DNA of 59,853 bases, filler included. It is 3 parts of 3 records of this genome, joined end to end, with 100 filler letters (N's around TTAATTAATTAA, not from the genome) between each part and the next. Parts side by side here need not be neighbours in the genome. Positions count along the whole stretch, not along the records: positions 1 to 28,911 come from DRR723986_10974; 2 more parts are not named here. One strand, 5' to 3'. The translations under genes and the position numbers were made by a program. Positions 1 through 10,646 of this stretch are shown here, piece after piece (the stretch's first letter is position 1; each line of letters opens with the position of its first letter). The notes below the pieces were generated by a model, which did not search any database, was not told where the DNA came from, and saw nothing but the letters and a program-made list of their open reading frames with translations.

Positions 1-136
1 GTGCCAGTATGGAGTCAAAAGCAAAAAAGGGTAGTTTAAACTTAAGAATCGAGGCCGCTTCAGCCTTTCCCGCCAGTACGGGAGGCTTCGGTCATCGGTC
101 ATCCAGCCAGAAAAGCAAAGATTCTAATGTGACTGG
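1..136. repeat. Imperfect direct repeat, copy A (left end of contig 1)
   Basis: 1-60 matches 28804-28863 at 52/60 positions; the tail gaaaagcaaagattctaatgtgactgg matches gataagcaaaaaatctaaggtgactgg at the other contig end. Confidence 0.85.
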
Positions 137-358
137 AATCATAACGGATAATCATTAAAGTTTTAAGCGCATAACACTGTGTTACATGATTAAGAAAAAT
201 CAGTTTGGGACGAACAGGAAATCTAGAGAATAGTTCTTTGCATTTTCGCCTCTAAATTTCAGGGATTACCTGCTTTTCGAAAACGAATCATCACTACCCT
301 GCTTTGATTCTTATTTTAACCTCTCCACCCAAACTTATCTGGGATTTTCACAAAAAGG

Positions 359-685
359 TTATGCTAAAATATACTCCAATTCTTCCATGCAGATCAAACA
401 GGCGTTTGCGCACTCTTGAAATTCCACTAGTTCATGCTGTTTGAATTCATTAAAACAAATTTCACAGGTTTGATAGGTCTGATTCATTACGCGACCTCTA
501 TCGAGCTTAGCTGACTCACAAGCATCTAGACATTCCACACAGATATCGATGCATTCTTTCGCCTTTTCAATGCATTTTTCCATACCAGGGGAGTTCCTAT
601 GCTCAGATACTAGTTGATGACAATTTCGAATGCATCGCTCCAGCGCTAGTGTACAGTTACTTTTTAATTGAATAAAACGGGTCAT
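359..685 (-). CDS. Cys-rich four-helix-bundle copper-binding protein (DUF326/Csp3-like)
   Basis: 108 aa with repeated CxxxC/CxxC motifs on helices (CIRNC, CIDICVECLDAC, CEIC, CANACLIC); no signal peptide. Confidence 0.7.
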   Translation of the reverse strand: MTRFIQLKSNCTLALERCIRNCHQLVSEHRNSPGMEKCIEKAKECIDICVECLDACESAKLDRGRVMNQTYQTCEICFNEFKQHELVEFQECANACLICMEELEYILA

Positions 686-913
686 GGCTAAAAGGTTAAT
701 TCCAATATCAGGAAACCAAATAACCCGCCATTTTAATGCAGAAAGACTAATAGGTGTTTAAATAAATATTAAGGCCACTAATCGTTTCTTAATTGATTTT
801 AAGATAAAGTTTTAATGGGAAAATTCTTCTCAAAATGGTGCATTCATTCCATTAGCATTCAACTTGTTTTGACATGGAAGTTTTCGAAATATATCTATCA
901 ACTAAAGAAAATT

Positions 914-1285
914 TTATTGAGAAATATCTTCCAAAGTCCCGTTTAGCCACTTACTACATTCGTGATCGGAATACCAAACATTCCCTATTGCATGCACCTT
1001 TCTTTTTACACCCGTCATAGGATTTACAATGGTATATTCAATATCGTACTCGCCCCTAGACTCAATGGTTAAAGCACTCTGAATTGCAACTTTTACACGT
1101 TCTCTATCCTCAGGTACGATAGCATTAATTGCCATCTCGAGATCAAACTCATCTTTGGCTTCTAACCCAAACCAGGTTTTAAGCCTCTCATTGGCAAAAA
1201 AACTATTAGTGACTGGATTGTAATTCCACGTGGCTAATTCATCAGAACCTGCAGGAACATTTATAAAGTCTTTTACTTCTTTCAT
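914..1285 (-). CDS. Stand-alone PAS (PAS_3/PAC) domain protein, possibly a remnant
   Basis: IVPEDRERV...YDIEYTI...VHAIG...LNGTLEDIS is a PAS/PAC signature; no output domain. Confidence 0.65.
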   Translation of the reverse strand: MKEVKDFINVPAGSDELATWNYNPVTNSFFANERLKTWFGLEAKDEFDLEMAINAIVPEDRERVKVAIQSALTIESRGEYDIEYTIVNPMTGVKRKVHAIGNVWYSDHECSKWLNGTLEDISQ

Positions 1286-1909
1286 TTTCTAGATTTTAAA
1301 TTCCTTTATAATGATCATTCAATATACTACTTGTCTTAAAAATATACACGGTAAAGTATAGAAAGCCCATAAGTAAGTACTTCTGTACACTCCTACTCTA
1401 TGCAATTCATCTATTGAAAAAACCTTAAACTCTCTCAAAAAGGCAGATTTACTTAAAGTTACTAATCTAAACTAGGTAATAGATCTTCGGTAATCACTTT
1501 GGGAGTCTACATGGATCTGAAAGCGATATTGCAGTTGCAGACACCCCTTTGCTCCTCCCTTTTTTCTCGCTCATGAGAGCTGACTTGTTTGAAAGTAACA
1601 TCCTAAGGCTAAATTGCTTCCCTTCTTTCCTATGGCATTTCTCAGTACCTCTTTTACAGATAGTTGAAAAGGTCTGTTTGATTGGTTTTTTCACTTCATT
1701 CTTCCTAGTTATTGTGTATTGGTTTGGTTTTTTTTAACCTTGACAGCTTGTCACTTTCTCTAATTGAGAAGATCAAGCTAAATTGGAGGATAAAAAATGA
1801 AGTAAAGATTCAAATAAACACCTTTTGGGAAAAGACAGGTACCAAACCCATTTTTTGGGGGCGATAGAAAACACAGCTGTTGTCATTATTTTCTGGAATA
1901 TCCATACTT

Positions 1910-1945
1910 AAAAAAATCAGGGTCGATGTTTTTCGACCCAGATTT
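1910..1945 (-). terminator. Rho-independent terminator of the first SusCD operon
   Basis: Minus strand reads aaatctgggtcga-aaaaca-tcgaccctgattttttt, about 20 nt downstream of the stop at 1966. Confidence 0.7.
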
Positions 1946-1965
1946 CTTTCAATTAGGTTAACTAG

Positions 1966-3039
1966 TTACTGCCCATACACGGTGAATTCTCCCAAGTGTG
2001 TGAAATTATATGGTCCCTCAGTAGCCACCATTTTTATGTACCTCATTTCAGGATTGGAACTTAGGCGGTATTTTTGACCAGCATTGGTTTGATTGTCAAA
2101 ATCAAATTCTCCAAGTACATCCCAGGTTTCATTATCCATACTACCTTCTATTCGGAATTTGGTCATTCCTGTTCCATTATTTTGTCTTCGGAATAATTCC
2201 ACTCTACTCACGACCCTTATTTCCATCATGTCAATAGTGAAATGGTGTGGAAAAGGTGGTGAGGCTCCATTCCATTGAGAGTGCCAAAAGGAATTCACAT
2301 TTCCATCTATGGCAAAAATTGCCTTACCATTTGATGGTCCTTCTCCGCTTGCTTCTTCAGAGGAAAAGTCTACAATTTCCCAATTACTTTTATCAATCAT
2401 TACTTCAGCATAAGGAGCCAGTGTAAACGATTTTTCCTGGGAACGTGATCCAGATACATTGGCGGTATAAACGACGAAGGTTTGCTCTGCAAGAGAAGCA
2501 TCTGTGATTTCTCCCGACCCTTGGATTGCACTGGAATTAAAAACCTCTGTCTGAAGTTGGCCGTTTTTATCCAGGTATTTAACGTTTACAGCTACTTCCC
2601 CTTCTGTTACATTTTCCCATAAAACTTTTATGCTTCCAAAATCCGGAACAAGGGATATAGTTTCGGCCACAAATAAATATGGTGGCTTATTTGGGGTCAG
2701 AGAGATTATTTGCGGGCTGGAAAGATTTCCATTTTTGTCCCCGAGACTTATTCCAAAATCATACGTACGCTCTTCCAAACCCGAAATCACAGCTTTTTCT
2801 GCAAATTCACTGAATTTAGCATGCTTGCTTTCGCCTGCTGTATTTAAGTAAGATACATTGACAAAGACTACGTTTGGATCCTGCGGAAAATCCCATGTGA
2901 ATATAGCTTCTCCGTACCCAGATTCTGCTTGAATATTCTCCAGTGTTTCAGGTAGTATTACTTTTTCATCTTCCATACAAGAAGTAGTAAAACCCAAGAC
3001 CGAAACTGCGTATAGATACTTAATCATTCGATTTTTCAT
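1966..3039 (-). CDS. PUL surface lipoprotein with Ig/FN3-like domains and C-terminal F5/8 type C (discoidin/CBM32-like) domain
   Basis: Lipobox GFTTSC; C-terminal AIDGNVNSFWHSQW...PHHFTIDM...RYIKM discoidin motif; lies downstream of susD; ATG at 3039 chosen. Confidence 0.8.
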   Translation of the reverse strand: MKNRMIKYLYAVSVLGFTTSCMEDEKVILPETLENIQAESGYGEAIFTWDFPQDPNVVFVNVSYLNTAGESKHAKFSEFAEKAVISGLEERTYDFGISLGDKNGNLSSPQIISLTPNKPPYLFVAETISLVPDFGSIKVLWENVTEGEVAVNVKYLDKNGQLQTEVFNSSAIQGSGEITDASLAEQTFVVYTANVSGSRSQEKSFTLAPYAEVMIDKSNWEIVDFSSEEASGEGPSNGKAIFAIDGNVNSFWHSQWNGASPPFPHHFTIDMMEIRVVSRVELFRRQNNGTGMTKFRIEGSMDNETWDVLGEFDFDNQTNAGQKYRLSSNPEMRYIKMVATEGPYNFTHLGEFTVYGQ

Positions 3040-3050
3040 AGATTTAAAAT

Positions 3051-4877
3051 TTACCATCCTGGATTTTGAACTAAACTTTGGTTGATTTCCAGTTCGGAAA
3101 TTCTAATTGGGAACAAGTAATAAGAAGGTGAGTTGAATACCCTATTTTCCGTGTTAACAACTTTATAAAAATCCTCAGGAGAACTAGCAGTAATATTCAA
3201 TCCTTGGGCAGGTACATTAAATTCTTTGAGACCATCTTTCCATCTTCTTACATCCCATGTTCTATGTCCTTCAAAGGCTAACTCAATGCTTCTCTCCTGC
3301 TTGATAATATCCCGCATTTCTTCCTTGGTGAAAGAAGACTTACCAACTAAATTCCATGCTTCTGAGATGGTAGGAACTCCCGAACGCGTTCTAATTTTAT
3401 CCAAATAGGAGATTACCTCTGTGTGTCTGCTTGTACCATAATATTCATTTAATGCCTCAGCATAATCCAGGTAAAGTTCAGCCAGTCTCACTAAAGGCCA
3501 AGGGTAGTTTATTACCTGATTTTGGCTTGCAGTTATGATGGTTTCCGGATGAACGCCTTTTTGAACCAGATACCCTGTCGGTGAATAGTTATTTTGTCCA
3601 CTAGTCCAGCCATGTGCTTCTCCTTCTCTCATTTTCAGAAGGATCTCCGTGCCATTTGCCAGAAATGTACCTCTGTCAAATGCAATAGAAGCATAAAATC
3701 TAGGTTCTCTATTTCTGTGTAATACGATCGTACTATCTGCCATATCATAGCGGTCATTATAATCAAATGTTGGATCGACTTCTATAGGAAGACCATTTTC
3801 AGTATAGTAGGTCTCAACCATGGAGATTGAAGGTGCCTGACCATTATAGGCTTCGCCTGTTACTCTAGGCATGCTATGTCGCTGCCAACCATAATACCCC
3901 TCAGGCACACTGTACCCCCATATTAACTCATTGTTCCAAGGCTGAACCATTGAATACCGGTAATTGAATTTCCCTTGTTCCATTAGGCCTCCCACTACAG
4001 CACTGTGTTCATACAAAGCAATACCCATAGCTTCAGCTTGATCAATTGCTGTTTTGGTCTCTTCTGCGGCTCTCAACCATTTCTCTTCCGAATAACTGGT
4101 ATTCATCAGAGGCGTACCGTCTTTGTTTGTGAACCCATCATAGAATTCTGAGTTCCCGTTGAACAATGGGCTAGCTGCATAAAGTAACATCCTTGCTTTG
4201 ATAGATTGAGCTATTACCTTGTTCACTCTTCCTGCTTCGCTAGACGAAGCAATGCTAGTTGGCAACATGCTTATCGCTTCATCCAGCTTTGAAGCTATGA
4301 ATTCAACACATTCATCATATGGTTTTCTGGCTGCAAAGAAAACCTCATCTGGAGCATCAAAAGGCACCTCATTTTCCATCAATACTATTGGACCGTATTG
4401 GCGTAGTAGATTGAAATGATAGTAAGCTATCAAAAAAGTCGCCTCACCTTTCATTCGACTCACTTCCGATTCTGTAAAGCCTGGTGTTTTATCTATATTA
4501 TTTAGGAATATATAGCACTGTCTAATTCCATCGTACATATCAATCTCACCACTAGGTGTCCAATAATCAAAAAATGGATCTGTAGCATTCAACTCTCCAC
4601 GCATCATTCTTTTTGCATAGTAGAAGAATCTGTCCCACGGTGTTACCATTTCATCCGTTCCCCACAGTGCTATGGCATCAAACATAACGTTTTCCGGAGG
4701 CATGAAACCATATAGTGAATACAGGAAGTTCATCGCTTCATTAGGACGTTTAAACGCATCATCCACTGTACTCACATCATCAGGGACAATATCCAGGTAA
4801 TTACAGGAGGATACCAACAAAGCTCCTGCAATGGAAAGCCTTAAAACAACTTTATTAATCTTATATTTTATTGACAT
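3051..4877 (-). CDS. susD: RagB/SusD family nutrient-binding lipoprotein
   Basis: Lipobox LVSSCNYLDIVP; RLAELYLDYAEALNE, ERSIELAFEGHR, C-terminal QNPGW; start moved to the ATG at 4877. Confidence 0.92.
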   Translation of the reverse strand: MSIKYKINKVVLRLSIAGALLVSSCNYLDIVPDDVSTVDDAFKRPNEAMNFLYSLYGFMPPENVMFDAIALWGTDEMVTPWDRFFYYAKRMMRGELNATDPFFDYWTPSGEIDMYDGIRQCYIFLNNIDKTPGFTESEVSRMKGEATFLIAYYHFNLLRQYGPIVLMENEVPFDAPDEVFFAARKPYDECVEFIASKLDEAISMLPTSIASSSEAGRVNKVIAQSIKARMLLYAASPLFNGNSEFYDGFTNKDGTPLMNTSYSEEKWLRAAEETKTAIDQAEAMGIALYEHSAVVGGLMEQGKFNYRYSMVQPWNNELIWGYSVPEGYYGWQRHSMPRVTGEAYNGQAPSISMVETYYTENGLPIEVDPTFDYNDRYDMADSTIVLHRNREPRFYASIAFDRGTFLANGTEILLKMREGEAHGWTSGQNNYSPTGYLVQKGVHPETIITASQNQVINYPWPLVRLAELYLDYAEALNEYYGTSRHTEVISYLDKIRTRSGVPTISEAWNLVGKSSFTKEEMRDIIKQERSIELAFEGHRTWDVRRWKDGLKEFNVPAQGLNITASSPEDFYKVVNTENRVFNSPSYYLFPIRISELEINQSLVQNPGW

Positions 4878-4891
4878 TATTTCTTTCGCTT

Positions 4892-7800
4892 TTAAAGGTT
4901 TATTTGAACACCAATATTCATCACTCGTTGTGGCGGATAACCCAGACCATTTCCCCCTCCTTGCTCCGGATCCCAAAGCTTGAATTTGCTGAATGTGAGG
5001 AGGTTTACCCCATTAGAGTAGAAGCGTACTTTTGGATTGTATTGGTACCCTATTTCTGCATTTTTTAAACGCACAAACGCACCATCACGAAGCCACCAAG
5101 AAGAGTTTTGTGTGTTATTTGGGTTTTCAAATTCAGAAAGTCTAGGATAGAATGCGTTGAAATTTTGATTATCTTCTGTCCAATAATCATCTGCTATTGC
5201 CTTCAATACATTTCTTTCGTTTTGTGCAAATGGCTGAATGTCATTGATGAAGAAGGAGACATTAGCCACCCCCTGGAAAAGCACTCCTACATCAAATTTT
5301 TTGTAGATGACATTCACTCCAAAGCCATAAGTAATTTCAGGAACAGTTGGGTGACCCATAGGCACGCGGTCGTTTGCATCAATTTGATCAAAACCATCAT
5401 ATTCTTTGGACACATCGGTGTATTTGATGTCACCAGGATAATATTGACCACTAAACGTTTGAGTAGAAGATGCATCGATCTCGGCTTGATCCAGAAATAA
5501 GCGCTCTGCTTGTAATCCCCAAAGTTGATTGATGGACTGCCCTACTCTAGATAGATAAGGATATAGTCTGTTTGGCTCATCTATTTCCAATATTTTATTT
5601 CTGGCAAAAGTGAAAGTACCCCTTGTCGAAATGGTTAAATCTCTGTTGACAGACTGGACATAGGCCAAAGTCAAATCAAGACCTTTATTCTCCACTTTAC
5701 CCAAATTGGCATAAGGCTTGGCATCCCCCACTCCTATAGTACCTGGTACAGTATTCCTTTGCATGAAAATTCCGCTCCTTATCTCCTTGAAAATATCAAT
5801 ATTTAACATGAGCTTACTAAAAAGCTCTACATCCATTCCAAGATTCAATTTCTTCCCTTCTTCCCACGTGATATCAGGATTTGCATAGCGGTTAATAAGC
5901 ACTCCGTTTCTATAGTTGTCAAAATTTTGTCCAAAAGTATATCCATTACCAGCTTCCAAATTTACATTACTCAAATAAGGGAAGCGTTCGTTACCAATAC
6001 GGTCATTTCCGGAAAAACCAAATGAACCTCTTAACTTTAGGAGACTAAATGTATTGGTAAGTCCCGAGAAGAATTCCTCATTACTTAACACATACCCGAA
6101 TGCAACTGAGGGAAAGAAACCGAAGCGTTTCCCTTGGATAAAGTTTTCAGAACCATTGTAGCCGAAATTTGCTTCCAAAAGGTAACGTTCGTCATAGGCA
6201 TATGTAACCCTACCAGAAATCCCTTGATTTCTACTCGGAAGAGAACCAGTCAAATCACCACCCACAATGTTGGTGTTGAACTGACGTTGCAGGTATACCA
6301 GAAGACCACCTATATCATGTTTTTCAAAGGATCTTGTATAATTTAAAGAAGCTTGGAAGTAGAGGGATCGATCTCCATTGTTAGCCCCAGATTGCGCCAG
6401 AGCTTCCCGTCCACCTTGGCCAATTAGCGCTAAGTTATAGTCATATTGCCCTGTGGCTTCGTTAAATTCATACCCGCTCATTTCATAAAAATAAGGTTCA
6501 TAAGATCTTGTTATTTCAGAGGAAGTCCAGTTCTTAAAGGAAGCCATTCCTGAAAATGAAAGTCCTTCGGTGATGACATCTAAGTTTTGCTTTAGCCTTA
6601 ATGTCGACAATAGCGTAGAGTTATTTCTTTCCTTGTAGCCTTTTACCAAATCAGCGTAAGGATTGTAGAAGGCATTGTTGACGAAACCACCGGTTTTATT
6701 TCCAAACCAGATGTAACCTGTTTCCTCCTGAGCAGGATAAGTTTTTGGGAATCTCACTGGGTTTGAATTCATTACATTTCCAAAAATCCCTGAAGCATCC
6801 ACTGCAGGACCATTATAGTCAATAATGTCTGCGTTAATGTTAAGCTCCATTTCTGTGGTAGGCGTTACATTGACTGTGATGTTGTTCACAAAATTGTATC
6901 GATTTTGATCAATGTTATTATTGAAATCATTGACATCTGTCTTCTTTAATATCCCTTGATCTTTATAATAAGAAACCGCCATGTAATATCGGGCCATCTT
7001 CCCTCCTCCGCGAACGTTCACATTGGCATATTGACGGGTGGAATAGTCTTTAAACAATTCATCCATCCAGTTAACATTAGGAAAGACATATGGATCTAAG
7101 CCATCCCGAGTGCCTAATATTTTGTCTTCTGTATATTTAGGTGGCTGAAAAGGATTCTGATTTCTTCGCGCAGTATTATACATCTCCATGAAAGAAACCG
7201 CATCAGTAAACTCAGGGAGTTGAGTAGGTCCCATAAAGGAGTTTTCCATCATAATATTCACTTGAGGCTTGTCTAGGATTTCCCCTCTTTTTGTCTCAAT
7301 CAGTATAACACCATTTGCACCTCTAGCTCCATAAATGGCCGTAGCTGAAGCATCTTTCAGAATCGAGAAATTTTCAATATTCATGGGGTCAATACTGTTC
7401 ATATCACCAATTGAAATCTCAATTCCATCCATAAAAACTAAGGGATTTGTATTACCAAAGGTTGCGAGTCCTCTGATCCAAAACTGAGCTGCATCCCTTC
7501 CTGGCTCCCCAGATCGCTGTACTGCTACAACTCCCGAAAGTCTACCGGCAAAGGACTGAGAAAGATTTGAAGTAGGGATCTTCAATTCTCTTGGCTTAAT
7601 AGTAGTCACAGAGCCTACTACAGATACTTTTTTTTGCTCCCCAAACCCCACCACAACTACTTCATCCAATGCCGCTTGATCGTCTTCTAATACGATCTCA
7701 TAAATACTTGAGGCACCAATCCTCACTTCCTGAGTCTGGTAACTGACAAATGAAACTCGAATTACAGGGTTGATAGTGGTGAGTTTTAAACTAAACTTAC

Positions 7801-8290
7801 CATCATTGTCTGTGACTGTACCATTGGTAGTTCCCACTTCCAGAATATTTGCTCCTGGAATAGATAACCCTTCGCTGTCGTATACTACCCCGGTAATCAC
7901 TCGCTCAGCAGAATACTGATTGCTTTTAGTGACAGCTACTACATTTATGGTCTTGTTAATTTGCTTAAACTGTAAGTTTGCCTTTTCCCCCAGATAGGAA
8001 AGGACTTCTTCCAATGGAGTATTGACAAATTTCTTACTGATTCTTATCTCAGAATTGAGATCACTTTTGTCATAAGAAAATTTCAATTCGGTTTTCGATT
8101 CAATGACGTCAAAAGCCTCCTCGATAGTATTCTTTTGAAAAACGAGGTCCACGTTTAGGGTATTTATGGAATTACCCTTTTGATTATCAATGGATCCTGC
8201 CATTAAGAATCCTACTCCTAGTACTTGAAATGTGAGCCAGAAGGCAGCACATTTCAATACCAAATGAGTTTTTGGTAAAATTAAAATCAT
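4892..8290 (-). CDS. susC: SusC/RagA TonB-dependent transporter with N-terminal STN signalling domain
   Basis: STN-like N-terminus, LDEVVVVGFG, ILKDASATAIYGARGANGVILIETKRG, C-terminal YPPQRVMNIGVQINL. Confidence 0.95.
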   Translation of the reverse strand: MILILPKTHLVLKCAAFWLTFQVLGVGFLMAGSIDNQKGNSINTLNVDLVFQKNTIEEAFDVIESKTELKFSYDKSDLNSEIRISKKFVNTPLEEVLSYLGEKANLQFKQINKTINVVAVTKSNQYSAERVITGVVYDSEGLSIPGANILEVGTTNGTVTDNDGKFSLKLTTINPVIRVSFVSYQTQEVRIGASSIYEIVLEDDQAALDEVVVVGFGEQKKVSVVGSVTTIKPRELKIPTSNLSQSFAGRLSGVVAVQRSGEPGRDAAQFWIRGLATFGNTNPLVFMDGIEISIGDMNSIDPMNIENFSILKDASATAIYGARGANGVILIETKRGEILDKPQVNIMMENSFMGPTQLPEFTDAVSFMEMYNTARRNQNPFQPPKYTEDKILGTRDGLDPYVFPNVNWMDELFKDYSTRQYANVNVRGGGKMARYYMAVSYYKDQGILKKTDVNDFNNNIDQNRYNFVNNITVNVTPTTEMELNINADIIDYNGPAVDASGIFGNVMNSNPVRFPKTYPAQEETGYIWFGNKTGGFVNNAFYNPYADLVKGYKERNNSTLLSTLRLKQNLDVITEGLSFSGMASFKNWTSSEITRSYEPYFYEMSGYEFNEATGQYDYNLALIGQGGREALAQSGANNGDRSLYFQASLNYTRSFEKHDIGGLLVYLQRQFNTNIVGGDLTGSLPSRNQGISGRVTYAYDERYLLEANFGYNGSENFIQGKRFGFFPSVAFGYVLSNEEFFSGLTNTFSLLKLRGSFGFSGNDRIGNERFPYLSNVNLEAGNGYTFGQNFDNYRNGVLINRYANPDITWEEGKKLNLGMDVELFSKLMLNIDIFKEIRSGIFMQRNTVPGTIGVGDAKPYANLGKVENKGLDLTLAYVQSVNRDLTISTRGTFTFARNKILEIDEPNRLYPYLSRVGQSINQLWGLQAERLFLDQAEIDASSTQTFSGQYYPGDIKYTDVSKEYDGFDQIDANDRVPMGHPTVPEITYGFGVNVIYKKFDVGVLFQGVANVSFFINDIQPFAQNERNVLKAIADDYWTEDNQNFNAFYPRLSEFENPNNTQNSSWWLRDGAFVRLKNAEIGYQYNPKVRFYSNGVNLLTFSKFKLWDPEQGGGNGLGYPPQRVMNIGVQINL

Positions 8291-8357
8291 ACTTTTGTGA
8301 AGTTTTTAATGAATTATTCGGTTTGTTAAAAATTCAAGGCCTATATAGGCTAAGTTT

Positions 8358-8391
8358 GAGGGGGATAATGGCCGTTATTCCCCTCTTTTTT
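8358..8391 (+). terminator. Hairpin plus T-run oriented antisense to the fecR-susC operon
   Basis: gagggggataa-tggccg-ttattcccctc followed by tttttt on the + strand, inside the intergenic region of a minus-strand operon. Confidence 0.55.
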
Positions 8392-8425
8392 AAAGGATAC
8401 CTCGAAAGCTGTTTCATTTTATTTT

Positions 8426-9502
8426 TTAATTTAGGTGTAAGTGGACTTGATTATTTTTCTTAATTGTGAATGAGAAGCCTTTGACAAATCCAATACTGGA
8501 TAAAACATCTTCAAGCTGTTCCCCTTCAAAGGTTCCTGTATAATGCCAATCATCTTGAGTCTGCAATTCATTGTCAATGAAAATTTCTACTCCATACCAC
8601 ATTTCTATTTTCTGAAACACTTCACTACTGGAAGCATTTTTAAAAAACAAAACATCTCTTCGCCAAGCTGTAACTTCTTCTAGATCAAAGCTTTCTTTAA
8701 TGAAAGACAAGGTGCCTACCGCATCCGATACTACCTGTTCCCCAGGAAGTAAGGAAATACTTTCTTTGGATCCTGAGTCATCAGATATATCTACTCCAAC
8801 TTTTCCGGTAACAAGAGAAATGCTTACTTTTTCTTTTCCCTGCTTTATATTGAAAGATGTACCCAAAGCAGTTGTTACGGTCCTACCAGTAATTACTCTA
8901 AATGGTCTTTTTCTATCCTCAGCAACCTCAAAATAGGCCTCTCCTTCCATCACCACTATTCTAGCTGTATCACTGAAAAATTGCTGATAGCTTAGCTTTC
9001 CTCCCGAGTTAAGAACCACCTTGCTACCATCACTCAAAATAGCAGTGAGACGCTGACCTTTAGCTGTTTCTTTGGTGATATAGTCACCAAAATCTGCATT
9101 ATTAGAACTTTTCAATACTGAATTCCACAAACCTAAGCCTGCCAATGATAGAATAGCGATGCTAACTGCTGCGACCCATACATACATGGATTTCCCCGAT
9201 TTCTTTTGCTTCGTGACAATGCTAATTGGTACTACATTTCGTCTTTCTCCATCTTCTATATTGTCTAAAATTCTTTGGTGAAGTATTGAAATTCTTTTAT
9301 GCTCAATTTTTGGAGCCTCAAATGATAGGAGTTCAATTTGCTCCTTTGCCTCATTCGCAAGAATTAATAAGTTGGGATTACGATCCAATAGCCTGTCCCA
9401 ATCCACATGGCTGTCGCGACCTTTCACCCAATTAATGAAGGATTCATCAGTCAAAAAATCCTGAATAGTATAATCGATGTACAGCTTATTTGATTTTTTC
9501 AA
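8426..9502 (-). CDS. fecR: FecR-family anti-sigma factor
   Basis: DFLTDESFINWV N-terminus, one TM helix, LSDGSKVVLNSGGKL, GEAYFEV, LGTSFNI; TTG start. Confidence 0.9.
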   Translation of the reverse strand: MKKSNKLYIDYTIQDFLTDESFINWVKGRDSHVDWDRLLDRNPNLLILANEAKEQIELLSFEAPKIEHKRISILHQRILDNIEDGERRNVVPISIVTKQKKSGKSMYVWVAAVSIAILSLAGLGLWNSVLKSSNNADFGDYITKETAKGQRLTAILSDGSKVVLNSGGKLSYQQFFSDTARIVVMEGEAYFEVAEDRKRPFRVITGRTVTTALGTSFNIKQGKEKVSISLVTGKVGVDISDDSGSKESISLLPGEQVVSDAVGTLSFIKESFDLEEVTAWRRDVLFFKNASSSEVFQKIEMWYGVEIFIDNELQTQDDWHYTGTFEGEQLEDVLSSIGFVKGFSFTIKKNNQVHLHLN

Positions 9503-9677
9503 GGCAATAAATTGGTATTTACTTACCTCTATAATCCAATAACCCTTCAGATTACTCCCTACTTTTTTTAAAAAAACAATAATAATTTAGAAAGAGGTTG
9601 TTTTAGCAGGGTCTCCACAAAATATAAATAAGCTGGTTTTGCCGGTAAGCTGCGATTATAAACCCGAAATAATTCCC

Positions 9678-10253
9678 TTATTTTTTCAATTGTTTCCTTA
9701 GAATAATCATTGCTTTCGACAGGGTATTATAAACTGCTTTAGTATCAAGTTCGACCACCTCGCTTATTTCAGCAATACTTAAGTCATTATAATACTTGAG
9801 ATAAACCACCTCCTTTTGCCGGGAACTTAATTTCTTAAAACAAAAATTGAGACTGGCAATCTGATCTCTTTGGTTATCATCAAAAACCAGATTAGACTCT
9901 AAAGAAGCATCGAATTCCACCACAGTTCCTGAAAATATGCTTCCAAAAATTGATTCTCTTTTCGCGGCTTTTTTCATCATTTTCACCAACTCTCTGCGGA
10001 AACAAGCAATCAGGTAATATCTGACATTATTAGTAGATTTTAGTTGCTCCTTTTTTTGCCAAATTCTTGAAAAAACTTCCTGGACACAATCGTCAATCAT
10101 CTGTTGATCTTTTGTAAGACTATGACCATAGCTAATCAGGTAATCCACATGGTGATTAAAAATAAAATTAAAAGCATCTAAATCCCCACCTTTCATGAAT
10201 TCCCAAACTTGGGCATCATCAATAGTAGAATATGAAAGATTTGATAAATGCAT
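9678..10253 (-). CDS. ECF-family RNA polymerase sigma-70 factor
   Basis: DDCVQEVFSRIW region 2; LSSRQKEVVYLKYYNDLSIAEISEVV region 4; adjacent to fecR. Confidence 0.92.
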   Translation of the reverse strand: MHLSNLSYSTIDDAQVWEFMKGGDLDAFNFIFNHHVDYLISYGHSLTKDQQMIDDCVQEVFSRIWQKKEQLKSTNNVRYYLIACFRRELVKMMKKAAKRESIFGSIFSGTVVEFDASLESNLVFDDNQRDQIASLNFCFKKLSSRQKEVVYLKYYNDLSIAEISEVVELDTKAVYNTLSKAMIILRKQLKK

Positions 10254-10646
10254 TAAAGAAGAATTTGAAAACCCATACCATTACACTCAGAAGTTTCTAT
10301 CTCGATATTGAAATAGATAAAAAGAAAATGTAATCAATAAATTAATTTGTGAAATTTTAGTTGAAAGGCATTAAGATATATGAAGTTTTTAGAAAAGTCA
10401 ACATATGATTTTTACTCACTAGCTGTATCATGGATAAAGTGAAAAAATGCCACACTATTTTAATTGATTAACCGTAATTTCTAAGGAAAACTAATGGCAC
10501 CAAATTTAAAGTGGAGAATCACTTTAGCTTTTTTTTAACCTTGATAGCTTGAGGCCTGCACTACCTGCAAGGAAAGGGTACAAACGAGCAACAGCATTGG
10601 CGCATCTAAAATCAAAAAAATCAATTTCCCTAGTAGAATCTACCGT

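Noticed and set aside
1494-1737. Two short overlapping ORFs (66 and 62 aa)
   Set aside because: No recognisable motif, opposite strands, non-ATG starts; probably spurious
4878-4976. N-terminal extension of susD in the ORF track
   Set aside because: It overlaps the susC 3' end; the lipoprotein signal begins at the ATG at 4877
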